NCBI GenBank assembly: GCA_028534125.1
Contig: CM052817.1
Location: forward strand, 78,432,001 to 78,496,000
Length of the DNA: 64,000 nucleotides
Source of the DNA: Lama glama
Taxonomy: Eukaryota
Reading direction: 5' to 3'
Shown here: positions 52,985-64,000 of the stretch, one piece after another
Numbering within the stretch: the first letter of the stretch is position 1
How the letters are laid out: the number at the start of each line of letters is the position of its first letter
The notes under the pieces: model-generated
Databases searched by the model: none
What the model was told of the DNA's origin: nothing
What the model saw: only the letters and a program-made list of their open reading frames with translations
Program-made: the position numbers and the translations under genes

Positions 52985-54165
52985 TAGAAAATAAAAAAAG
53001 TAAAAATAAATAAGCTAAATGCAAAGAAAACAGAAGGAAGGAAGCAATAAAGCCACATTAGAAGTTAACAAAACATAAAACAAAGAAACTATTTAGAAGA
53101 GGAATAAAACTGTTACCCCAAAAGGGGAAGGAAAAGAAAAAATTAAGGTGGGAGATGGAGTGCTGTGTAGTGAAAGATTTTAAAAGATTTATTAGCAAAG
53201 GGAAAGTACACCCCTAAGAACGGGAGGCAGGCTGATCCGAGGGGGGAAAATGGCAGTCTTTGCTTTTCCCTTTGTCTTATACCCTCGCTTAGAGGTGTTT
53301 TGATTGCTTAACAACCCCCCCGGAATGCTTAGTCATGTTCATCCCCATCTGTGCAAGTCCTTACCCATGAAGCACACAGGAAAACCCGTGGTGGGGGATT
53401 TAAACCGCAATGCCAATTATGTTACAATGAACACTAGGTCATGTCCAGTTAGGTCCTTGTAGCTACCGCACAACTGCGATCATCAGATTCTACTTGGTTT
53501 CTTGCCGGCACTCATTTAAATGAAGTAAAGCCCCTTTATGCTGCAGGCGGGCATAGTGCCATCTTCCAGACCATCCTCCCTCTCCTCCACCTTATCTGCC
53601 CGGTGACCCCACTCATCTAACTACCTAACAAAACCATAAGCTTCTTTCTTTAAGAAAAATAAAACAATAGGCAAGCTCTTGGGAAGATTTTTTAAAAAAT
53701 GATTAGCCACAAATAATTTTAAAAAATAAAGGAAAGAAAATTATAAATATGTAAAATATTTAAGGAACATAATATAATACTATGAACAAATTTGGAGCAG
53801 CGCATTTGAAAATTTAAGTGAAATGACACATTTTAAAGAAAGTATGAATTAAAATTTTGATTCAGGGAAAAATAGAAAAATCTGAGTAGAATACTATCAG
53901 TAAATAAATATAATAAAAAGTCACAGAGCTCCAAAGGCTAATAGAACCAGATGGTTCACAGGTGTGTTTTATCAAATATTCAAGAAGTCAATAACTCCTA
54001 ATAGGATACAAATTGTTTCTGAAGACAGAGAGAAGGAAAACACTCAAATTAATCTTGTGAAGCGAAGAAAACCTTTACAAGAAAACCAGGCAAGGCAGTC
54101 TGAGAAAGAAAAATCAGAAGACATTCTCATTCTGGGACATGAAAGTATAAATCCAAGACAAATAT
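52985..54165 (+). mobile_element. Old L1 ORF2 relic, interrupted by a solo LTR
   Basis: A-rich ORF2-like sequence, e.g. 'gaaccagatggttcacaggtgtgttttatcaaatattcaagaa' (GPDGFT.EFYQ-like). Confidence 0.65.
53111..53630 (-). mobile_element. ERV1 solo LTR (MER4-group-like)
   Basis: Terminal inverted repeat tgtta...taaca with a perfect 4-bp TSD aaac. Minus-strand AATAAA at 53188-53193. Confidence 0.82.
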
Positions 54166-55173
54166 TTTATGGTTATACTCTATGTATGGTCTTGTAAATA
54201 ACTTTATATCCTCTGTGTATTTATATAAAATACACATAATTTTCTTGTAAATACGTATAAAATCAGGACTTGCACAACAAACCAGATGTTGGCATTCACT
54301 GTACATTTTATCTTACCCAAAATGCAGATGCAATAATCATTTTTATTTTCTATCCTTTAAAAATACTTTGCAATTCTTAGTTCAGTCCTCTGTAGATCCC
54401 TTGAGAGTAGTTTCATTTTACTTTCAATGGTTATGGCTTTGAACCAGAACTTGGAGTTGCATGAAATGGGAATTCTAAAGGAACTTGCTCAAGCTCTTGT
54501 CAGAGAAGAGTATCGTGCCGTTTAACCCCGAGAGGACCAAGATCCAGAACCAGTCTCTGCCCTCTTAAGGTGCCTACCACTCAGTCCCCTCCCTCAACAC
54601 TCCGAAGAGCAGCCTGTAAGGGAGAAAGCCTCAAGGTGGCTTGAAGATGTTTGGAGTGCTGGGTGAACAGGTAAGAGACTCCTTCCTCACTATTCCACCC
54701 CTAATAGGAAACTGATTAGGATTCAAGCAACATGTAGACTGAAGAACTATTTTGAAAGAACTTGGATCCTTGCTCTCACTGTATAAAGTGGGGGTGGGGG
54801 GTAGGAGTTTACAAGGGGGACAGTAAAAGAGAAGCCAAGGGATGACCTGCTTTTAACCCAACCTCCATGTCACGTGGACTCAGGGACAATTTCTACGTGG
54901 AGTCTCAGCTTTACTTGCCAGTGTCAACTTGATTCATGTAGAGCAGAAACACAGAGCCTCTGAAACAGTGTTTCATGTAAATGTTAATGAAAAAATCACC
55001 TAAACTGGGCTTCAGAAACATCTCCTTTTGAACTTACATTTGAATAACCTGTTTGACTGTTGGTGTCCTGTGCGCATTGACCCCTAAGCAGTGCTCAGAA
55101 TTGCAGGTGAACACTCCCGCAAAGGTACTGCTGAGGCGCAGGATGAAGACGAGGGCTGCGAGTATTTCACTTG

Positions 55174-55646
55174 CGTTAAAAAAAAATTTATTCTGACACT
55201 TGTTAAAATAGTAAGGTGACTTTATTCAGGACTGTCACCATAGGTGCAGGGACATCTGTGATGGGGTTTTGCAGTGGGAAAGACCGGGCTCAACTCCAGA
55301 TACAACACAGAAAACTAGGGATTCCTAGCCTAAGAGCAAGGTGGGAGGAGGGGTCAGTGGGTGAAAATTGCTCTGGGAGTACGGTAATTCTGGCTAAACT
55401 GACCTAACAGGACTCTTGCTGAAGGCTGGCCAGATGCTAAGATATTATCTGAGGGGTGGTGAGGGAGGAGAAGTTTGCTCAGACATCCAGCGTTATCAGA
55501 GTCCAGGGTGACGGATTCCCACTAAACTGACTTAGCAGGATTCTTGCGAAACCTGGGCTATGCCAGCCCTCCCAAGATGGACGCTGAAGATTCAGGTCTA
55601 GGCAGCTCAGACGAGCCTGACTAGAGGTCAAGGGGAGAGTCTGTCA
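55174..55646 (-). mobile_element. ERV1 solo LTR, MER31-like
   Basis: The minus strand starts tgacagactctccccttgacc...agtcaggctc. AATAAA at 55221-55226; perfect 4-bp TSD cttg (55170-55173 and 55647-55650). Confidence 0.82.
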
Positions 55647-56299
55647 CTTGCTGGGAGAGGAAGTGAGTATGCAATAATGAACACATGAGAAGTAGGTGAT
55701 GATGCAACCTGGAACTTGTGGATGGTTTAATATGTAACTGATGTAGACCATCACCCTGTTTTTATGCTGATACATATTTTACACATCTGAGGAGAAGGTC
55801 TGGGAAGAACCCATGTTTAAAGAAGAATGAGATCAACGTGACACAGAATGTGGGCCAAAATATCAAATTCAAGATAAATCTGTGCAAAACAAAACCCCAA
55901 ACAACCACAGACAACTCTATATGCTAAAACACAAAAGCGTTAAATAAAGGTTTATTGGCATCATATTACGGATGCATTTTATCATATGTAAGCAATTACG
56001 ACAAATACTATATAATAAGATACATAAGCAAATACCAAGAAAGGTCTTCGTGACATATATAAGACACCAATAAATGGAGCAAATCTACACAGTGAGAGGG
56101 ACCTCGTGATACTTTGTGAATTATTCCTCTTTTGTCTCTAGCTCTTCATGTTTATCCATGTCAAAGAGGATTTGTTGAGGGATATGTTTGAACTTTCCCC
56201 ACTTTTATCAGCTTATTCCTCATGTATTCTATTCTGCAAGTTCACCAATAAGCACTAGAGCTCACACTGCACAAATGGAACTAGAAAGGTACACACGTT

Positions 56300-56480
56300 T
56301 GGACCAGATGTATTCATCTTTTATGCACATCATGACCTTGAGCACATTATGTCATGTCTCTGTTCCTTGGGTTCTCTGTCTGCTCAATGAGAATACACTC
56401 ATGTCTTCATCTCAGGGTTGTTATGGGGGTTAAATAATTGTATTTCCCATGCCTGGCACTCAGTATATGTCCAAAGCTGT
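56300..56480 (+). mobile_element. MIR relic
   Basis: 'catgaccttgagcacattat...ctcagggttgttatgggggttaaataa...tgcctggcac'. Confidence 0.55.
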
Positions 56481-59400
56481 TTGGTTTCCCTGTTTTTCCG
56501 AAAAGAATTGTAGAGAGCATCTCCTTCCTCATTTGACAAAAGAGAAACCTCAAGACGACAGAAGTTAAAAAAAACCCACATGTCCTAAGTCCTGTTTCCA
56601 CACTCTTTCCACTGCTGTCCTTTCTCTTACTAGCTTGTTTTTTGATTTCAATAGAGAAAACTCAGTGGAATCAAAAAGTATTCTTTTCTTCTTTTTAAAG
56701 TAGGTAAGCCACCAAGAGACTTTTAAAGTAGGAGTGAGTTTTATGAAAGGTAATAAATCGTCTAAGAACTGTTTTAGATCCTCAGAGATATTAAAAACAG
56801 AAGTTCCGTTCTTCCAAGATTTCCAGAGCAGAGCATAAGTATTCTGTATGCTTTGGCACCAACAACTCCAGCACCGAGTATTTATCTGCACGTTTCAACC
56901 CAGGCCTCCCGAAGGCTTGCCCGTGGAATTGGCAAAGCGAGTGGTGTTCAGTATTAAGAGCAGTCGAGTGTATGAAGCACACAGCTGTATTTGAAGCCCA
57001 GCACTCTTCCATTAGTCAACAGAACATGACAAAAGGCAAGTAGTTTAAATGTGAGTGCTGGGATCTCACCCTGCTTTCGCCTCTTTGTCACCTGTTCCCA
57101 TACCTGGAGAGCACCCATGGATAAGCCAAGAGAACCCGGGACAGTGTGCATGATGCAAAAAGGCAAAGTTCGGCAGCCTGTAATTTAGAACTTGGCCCTT
57201 TTATTCGAGAAAGAATAGCAAGCTTTATTCGGCAGGAAGGAGATATTCAATACCACCATTTAAAAATGGCTCAAAGAGTCTGTTATTTCTTTAAAATCAT
57301 ATTTTTAAAATGACATTTTACTGTAATAAAATGGGTTGAATTTTATTTGGTTATTTAAAAAATATATGCATATTTGTCTCTCTTACTTGTTTCATTTGCC
57401 TCTTTACTGGTCTCAAGTAAAGTTCTTAGTACATCCAGAAAAAGCAGGAAATGTTCAATGTCACTAAGGCTACTTGTGGCTGCTATGATACGTGGAAACT
57501 CAGTCATTGGAAACGGGCCATTTTTGTGACTACCCCAGTTGCTCCTAGCAAATTGCTCACACAGCAAACTATCTGTTGTTATAACTCTTAAATGGTTCAG
57601 CCACAATCCAGTTATTTTAGCCAGACGGATCCACAGCTCAAAACTGGTCAGACAAACATAGAGGCCTACGAGACATCTCTGTGGCTTTTGAGGGTAACAT
57701 ACTGTTTCCAAAAAAAATGCTCATTGATCTGGCACTGGGGACATTTTCCAGCCTGCATGGTAAAAGTAGCATTATGTTAATTTTATTTAATAGATGTGAG
57801 TTCATTTTATAGGAAAGGTTGAGACTGAACAGTCAAACCTCTAACCCTGCTCTGTATTAGTGTACTTGGTTCTGTTTATTATAAATAATTTTTCTCAGAA
57901 GATAAACTCTGTCAGAGTTATAATTAATTATGGATGTTTGGAGGTCTTGTCAAGTGTATCTTAAAACAACTGTTTATACTCTTCTGCACCACCCTATTTA
58001 CACAAGGGAGAAGGATTATACCAAGAGATAACTATAGACAAGAAATAGGTATTTGTTCCTTTCCAAATTATGACAATTTGATTGGACATTAATCTTGGCA
58101 GTATTTACACAAGAAGAGAAAGACTGGAAACATTTTGAAATTGCCGTTTAAAACTCAACAGTTTCTGACAATAATAGCAGGCTCACAAATAAAGCAATGC
58201 ATTCATTGCTTCTCTTAGTTGTAAGATGGTGATTTTTCCTTTTGTTCTGTCTGGATCTCATCACCCATAACAAGAACCAATCTGCTCTCACTTCTCTGTT
58301 TTGCACCTTAGTCTCAATTCATGAAATTGTTTCACATTCTAAAGTCCTGGGACACATCCATGTCCTGGGAGGCTGCTTGATGTGTCCTGGCTTCGAAGTT
58401 TCTAGACTCTACGCTTCTAACAGGTTTCCGGAAAACTTTACACTTTTCTGAAAATTCTCCTCTGCAGCACAATGGGATGATGAGTTTCATTCATTCTTAT
58501 TTCTGTTTTTTAAGGGATCCTTTACTAGGTCTCCATGTCCCTCCCTACATTAGTCTTCTACCCTCTAATTGATGCCACACAATCTTCATTATTATCTGAA
58601 TAATGACAACACAACAATGCAATCACGCCTAAGGTCTCACACTCTTCAATCCTGGAACCAATTATTTCTCTGTGATGGCAGTCTATAGCCTTCCACTTCT
58701 TTTATACTTTGAAAGAATATTTTAAAGTACCTTTGCAAGAAGTATAAGGGTGGATACGAAAAGCCATTCTAAGTAACTGCATCTCTCAATTTTGATTATG
58801 AAGCTTATTTCTCAAAGGCTGAGGAAGAGGAAGGCAAATAAACAGAAAGGAAGGAAACTTTACCCTGATGCAAGATCAACCATTCCTAGCAAAGAGTGGG
58901 ATGCAGTTTTAATAGAGCGGATGGTGATGTCAGTCAAGTTTTCCAGTGTCAGGTTGCGTGTAGGACGGAATCCAAAACCTTAATATAATTAAGCTGTATC
59001 AGATCTCTCACTTCCCTTGATCTCTCAGGCCACTTAAAGAAAGAAATCAGATGAAACTCCACTTTCCTCCATGCTCCACTTCCTCCCTCTACTCTCCTCT
59101 CTCCCACTTCACACCTTCAAAACAACAACAAAGCCCCAGATCCCAAGCCGCTGCGTATTTTTCTGGCTACAACTCTCTGGGGAAAACAGAATGATGAGTG
59201 TGCTCTGATGCCTCCCAGGTCCCGGGGACAACTGCAAACAGGGCACAGCTGAAGTCTGGCAGCGGTCACTTCACTTGGGCCTGGGGGGAGGACCCAAAGG
59301 CAAGTTCCCAGCCGACTTTATCTTTCCTGCACCATATTGAAGTGGGGAAGGAAGTGGCTGGAGATGCTTCAGATGACCTTGTTCTTCAAGCTAGACGCTA

Positions 59401-61419
59401 GTTTTTGTCTTGTTTTGCTCTGAAGCCAGGCAGGGAAGAGAGACTGCGACACATACTCCGGGTGCCCTGCTGTGTGTTTTCTGGAGTGAAGAAGTGCTTC
59501 AGATGGAGCCCCTGAGGGAACATGAAACTGGGAGCACGGGTATCGGGGTTCTTGCCTCAGCTAGGCTTCAATCTCCTCAACTGTAAATGAGGTAGTAGAA
59601 CTAGACGACCCCTCAGAGGGCTTAGGAAAGTGTTGGAAGAGATCCCGATTGCTTCAGGCTCAACAAATTCCTTCAACTGTGTGCAGAACTAAGCATGTGT
59701 GTGCGTGTGCGTGTGTGTGTGTTTTCACTGAAGATGTCTACACTTCCCAAACTATTAAGAACCATTAAACTATTTTCAAACTCTAAATTTCATCTCAGTG
59801 ATTTTTTATTTGAAGTCACTTCGTTTGGCTTTTCAGGCTACAAAAATCATAAGTTTTATGAATGTATTCTGAGCAACTAGAAAAAGCAATGTGTATGTCC
59901 TTTCCAGCACTAATCCTTTAAGGCATGCTTTAAAAAATTAATCTAGACATTAATTATAAAGTAATTTAACCAAGAAAATTATTTTCTGTAATTTTTATAG
60001 ATTCTACCTGATTTTAGATTTTAAAAAATGCAGGACTTACTGTTAAAGCAATTGACTAACACTATTACTGCCTCCATTTGTGTGTGCGTGCAAACTCAGA
60101 TTAGAATACTTTTGGTCTCTAAAAATAATCATAATTTTTTTTCTTTCAAGTTTGAAGTTGTCAATTATAGGTTACACACACATTCTTAAGGAAATCTGAA
60201 ATGGTCTTTAAGAATGAGTTGCTTTGAAATCATAAATAAGACAAAAAGTTTGTTTCCTTTTGGAAAATAATCCACAAGTGACTGTTTTCTCCCCCAACAA
60301 TTGGTGATTTATATTCTAGTAAGGATTTTGGAATCTAGTCTAAGCAATTCCACTCATTTTTTTCAACCATGAGAACTTTCTTTTTATTTCCCTGGTTCTT
60401 CAATTTCTTTTTGCACCTGAAAAATAAAGATAGTGAACTTGAATGAAGTGTCCTCAAAGATTCCTCCCCCCCAGTGACACTGTGGCTGTCCTTGGGATTC
60501 TAAATGTCCTGTTCTCAACACAGCTATCCTGGAACTTAGGCGAGACAAAGTGGTACTTTCACATAAGCTACGTTCGAGGTCTTTTGTTAATTAAGAACAA
60601 TTTTTCTTTCTTGTCCTCAGTTCACCAGAATGCTTCTAAAATCTAAACACATTAGTAAATAAGAGCTTTATTTTTTAATAGGTTTCTCTTTTTTCTTTAT
60701 GAGTGATAGAAGTTTCACAATGTATATTTAATTTTCGCATAATTTTTAAAAGGCAAATTTCACAGGGGCCATGAAAGAATTCTCTGATATATCCAGATTA
60801 TATAGAAACCATCATCTTAGCTGGCTGAAAAGTAAAAGCTTGGTTGAATTGACTTGGCCTGGTTCTCAGGGTTTTCCAGGCATTAAGCAATATGTGAGAG
60901 TCAAGACCATCACCTTCAGAAGCTGCAATAACTTTTTGATTCACTGTAGTCCATTTAACACACTGCTGTGCAATAATATGTTTGATAAAGTTGACTGTCC
61001 TTCCAAAAGCACCACATATACAACTTAGGATAGACCATCTCTGGGATTCTATCAGTTTTAAAGTTCTCCTTCCGAGTTGCTTGGTTACACGGCCATGGGT
61101 ACATGTTCATTTTTCCTTTTTTTAAAAAAAAAAGTATTTCAGATGTCATACTGATTCGTACAGATATGGTAAATTATGTTTTGCTACCTTAACACAGGTG
61201 AAGTGGATGATACATTTTAAAGGGGGTCATTTTCTCCTGTGGTGAGCAGAGCACCTTTCATAAGGGCCACCACATACGCTCCCCAAGCCATAGTGGTCCC
61301 ATGCCCCACAGGAATGCTGCTCATACACGCTCACCGTATGAAGGGTAGTGCCAGCAGTTACGGGAAATGTCGTGGTTAAGGAATTCTACCTGTCCCCACT
61401 TGTACTAATTAAGAATCAG

Positions 61420-61610
61420 AGACTTCTACAAAACACAATGTCTTATGAAAGGAGGTATCCTATAATGTAATCTTCTTCAAATCTATCACCACCTAATTTT
61501 ATAAACGGGAAAGAAGGACAATGGGTGGTAACAGATTTCCCTAAAGCCACATGGCTTAGTTGGTTGTAAATCCCAGACTCTTCTGAATCCTGGTCCAGTG
61601 TTCTCAGGAA
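61420..61610 (-). mobile_element. MIR relic
   Basis: 'cacctaattttataaacggga...gatttccctaaagccaca...cccagactcttctgaatcctggtccagtgttct'. Confidence 0.5.
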
Positions 61611-62249
61611 ACCTCCATGTATAGAACCCGTGGAGAATGAAACTCTCTAAAACTGCCCTTTGTGCAGAGTTTTTGATAAACAGTTTCTATTATTATTTGC
61701 CTAGATTTTATCTTACACCTCAATTCTTTTTTAAAAGTTCATGAAAAATCAAAGTTAAAAGTATCAGACTGTTTATGTTACAAAACAGCTGCTTTCATAG
61801 TTTTGTCACTGCTAAGTACAGTCCTAATGGGTGGTTGCTAAGTTGCTTCCACGAGAAATGAAAATAATTATTTTGCTAATATCCAAGCAGATGGACAATA
61901 CTTGAAATATCTCAATTTTGTGCTTAAAATAGATGCTGATTTTTAAAACAGAGGCAATATATTTTAGGTTGTCAAGGACAATTTGTTGAATACTTAGCGA
62001 GCTACAGTGTTTGGCCTGTCCTGTTCTTTTCAGACAAGTCCACTGGCTCTCTCTCAAGTCTCACAACGGCTAGCTCCTATTCAATGTCAAAATACAATTG
62101 TAATAACTGTCTTTAATGCCACAATAACTTTGGAGATGCAGCATGCCTTTTAACTATTAAAAGGGTCAATTCTGGTGCCAAATTCCATAATGGCACAGTT
62201 TTGGAGACAGAACAGAAATTGAAAACACCAAGGGAGCTGCTTGGGAAAA

Positions 62250-62889
62250 TGAACAGTATATAATCTAATATCTTTAATTTTATATACATGAATATAATGT
62301 ATGTCAACTTTGTACATGAGATACATACAGTATTTAAACATTTTACTCAACAGATAAGAATTTACAATAGCAATATGACTGACTAAAGGGCTGTCCACTT
62401 AATATATTTTGATTAGCTCTGTACTTTAACAGGGAAAGACTGGAATAGTTTACAATCATAGAAACACTGACATTTAAAACAAGACTTTATAAAATAATTT
62501 ATTATATATCCTAGCATCTATTGAGAGGAATGATTTGCATTTGTGGATGTGTGCAATGAATAGCGTATTTTAAATTTTTAGGTAATAAAATAATTTAGAA
62601 GCAGTTCATGCAGTGGTCAAAGCAAAGGATGGCAGTTCCTTCAAGATGTCCTCTATCTTTGACATCAGCCGACATCAGACACACCTTAGGTAGCACGGGG
62701 GCACACTAGACCAAGTCTCTTCCAGCAATTACTTATATAAACAGCCATAGACACGAGCTGATATCCTTCTTTCCATAGCACAAGTACAGGTCACAACTTT
62801 TCTCAGCTGTGGGAGTAGTCAGTGTATACTTAAAGTGATTTGATGTCTCTCCTGGAGTTCTACATAATATATATCTCTATACACGGTAA
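62250..62889 (-). other. NDNF: NDNF 3' UTR (to the most likely proximal cleavage region)
   Basis: AT-rich, repeat-free sequence directly after the stop codon. ATTAAA at 62273-62278 (minus) is preceded by four UGUA motifs and followed by U/GU-rich sequence. The end position is inferred. Confidence 0.65.
62273..62278 (-). terminator. Candidate NDNF polyadenylation signal (ATTAAA)
   Basis: Minus strand reads ...catgtatataaaATTAAAgatattag..., with an upstream UGUA cluster and downstream tggtgttttcaatttctgttctgtc. Confidence 0.55.
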
Positions 62890-64000
62890 CTAACAGAACT
62901 TCCTGGTTTTCACAACTTTACTCTGATACTTCACAGAGTGCCCGCCATGTCCTATGACATAAACATCCAGCAGGTAAGATTTCCCAGGCTGAAGACCTTT
63001 AATTGTTTCTGTGGTCACTGCTTTTTGCAGGTTCTGACTGTGGAAATATTTACAGAGGACCTTCTCTGACTTCTTCCTGGTATCTGGTCCAAGGCATTGG
63101 TTTTGCTCTCTTTTCTTCTGGTCTTCATTGTAGTTATCATCCACCTCCTTTTTGTAGATGCAAAACTTGTTCCTTTCCTGGGTGCCCAGCCACGCCACAG
63201 TGGCTGAGGAGCAGGTACGGAGCTTGTCGAAGGCTTTGATTCGTGTGTCTTCGGGAAGGGAGGGAAATGACTGCTTGCTCGGCCTCGTGGTAGCAAGTAT
63301 TTTCAACATAGATGCTCCTTTCTTGTTCCCTTTCAGTCGAATGAGATATTTGGCTTTAGGTTTTCCTCTCAGCTGAAACTGCCGAATGCCTTCCACATTC
63401 TGAGACAGAAGGAGTTTCCCGTCTCTTCTCACTTGGATTTGGACAGCGTCCAGACAAGAGTGAATAAAGAAGGTGACCTTTTGGTGAGAAGAGACCGGAG
63501 CAAAACGTAGGAACTTTGCTCCCTTCCTTTTAACAAACACATCTGTAACCTTCCCATCTTTCAGCTCCACTGTCTTCTGTTTGGCTTCCTCCTTGGTCCT
63601 GGCGAAGGTGCCCACGTAAGCGGTGCTCATGTTGCTGTTGCTGTTGGCCACGAAGACGTCAAAGTAGTACTGCGTGTCGGGTTTCAGATCCGAGACGGTG
63701 AAGATGTTCTTGTTTCCTATGCAGATTTTCTGGATGTCCACCTTGGGCCTGGCGTAGGCATGCCGCCCCAGCTTTGGAGAAGACTTTGTCAGGTAGCTGC
63801 GTTCTTTCCCCGAGTTATCCGATGGAAATCCGAAGTGGGCAAAGTCGAAAGGGCTGAAGTCCAGACCGGGCTTGGGAGCCATCATGAAAGCGTCGTCCGC
63901 ACTCAGTTTGGCTTCCACTGCGCAGAGACTTTTGAAATTGTGCTCTTTGTTGATGACCACACAGTACTGAATGGGCTGTTTCAGCAGAGAGGCTGTGGGG
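62890..64000 (-). CDS. NDNF: Neuron-derived neurotrophic factor, C-terminal ~369 aa of the terminal coding exon (5'-partial, continues beyond the window); fibronectin type III repeats
   Basis: The frame is open from the window edge (PTASLLKQPIQYCVVINKEHNFKSLCAVEAK...) to ...SVKYQSKVVKTRKFC-TAG (stop 62890-62892). FN3 signatures TVSDLKPDTQYYFDV and TIKGLQPGKSYLLDV are present, and the protein closely matches mammalian NDNF as I recall it. The ORF-track start at 63960 (GTG) is internal, not the true start. Confidence 0.97.
   Translation of the reverse strand, partial: PTASLLKQPIQYCVVINKEHNFKSLCAVEAKLSADDAFMMAPKPGLDFSPFDFAHFGFPSDNSGKERSYLTKSSPKLGRHAYARPKVDIQKICIGNKNIFTVSDLKPDTQYYFDVFVANSNSNMSTAYVGTFARTKEEAKQKTVELKDGKVTDVFVKRKGAKFLRFAPVSSHQKVTFFIHSCLDAVQIQVRRDGKLLLSQNVEGIRQFQLRGKPKAKYLIRLKGNKKGASMLKILATTRPSKQSFPSLPEDTRIKAFDKLRTCSSATVAWLGTQERNKFCIYKKEVDDNYNEDQKKREQNQCLGPDTRKKSEKVLCKYFHSQNLQKAVTTETIKGLQPGKSYLLDVYVIGHGGHSVKYQSKVVKTRKFC

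Noticed and set aside
53310..53326. Possible GAS site in the 53111 LTR (ccccccggaa)
   Set aside because: Lacks the TTC half-site.
592..62398. The many 60-130 aa ORFs outside NDNF
   Set aside because: None resembles a protein I recognise other than transposon relics. Their lengths are as expected by chance, and I saw no exon chain or processed pseudogene.
63003..63376. Overlapping and antisense ORFs within NDNF
   Set aside because: Short shadow frames of the real coding exon with no independent support.

Overview
Mammalian genomic DNA, most likely camelid: there are three copies of a tRNA-derived SINE matching Vic-1, plus young artiodactyl-type L1 3' ends. Two 500-N assembly gaps lie at 4821-5320 and 43885-44384. 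The only protein-coding sequence is the 3' part of the large terminal coding exon of NDNF (minus strand, 62890 to beyond 64000), followed by its 3' UTR. The remaining ~62 kb downstream of NDNF appears intergenic; by human synteny, recalled and not visible here, it runs toward PRDM5. It is filled with transposon relics: L1, L2, MIR, Tigger1, a Zaphod-like hAT element, MaLR LTRs, several ERV solo LTRs with TSDs, and a MER34-like provirus remnant with a readable gag major homology region. I found no evidence of a new biological system. The best leads are regulatory: a solo LTR with a ~23-bp-periodic CCAAT array and two octamers, a MER41-like LTR with a STAT/GAS motif, a twin-primed L1, a SINE that duplicated an LTR TATA-like box, and tandem NDNF poly(A) sites. 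Repeat family names come from memory of consensus sequences and need RepeatMasker/Dfam confirmation.
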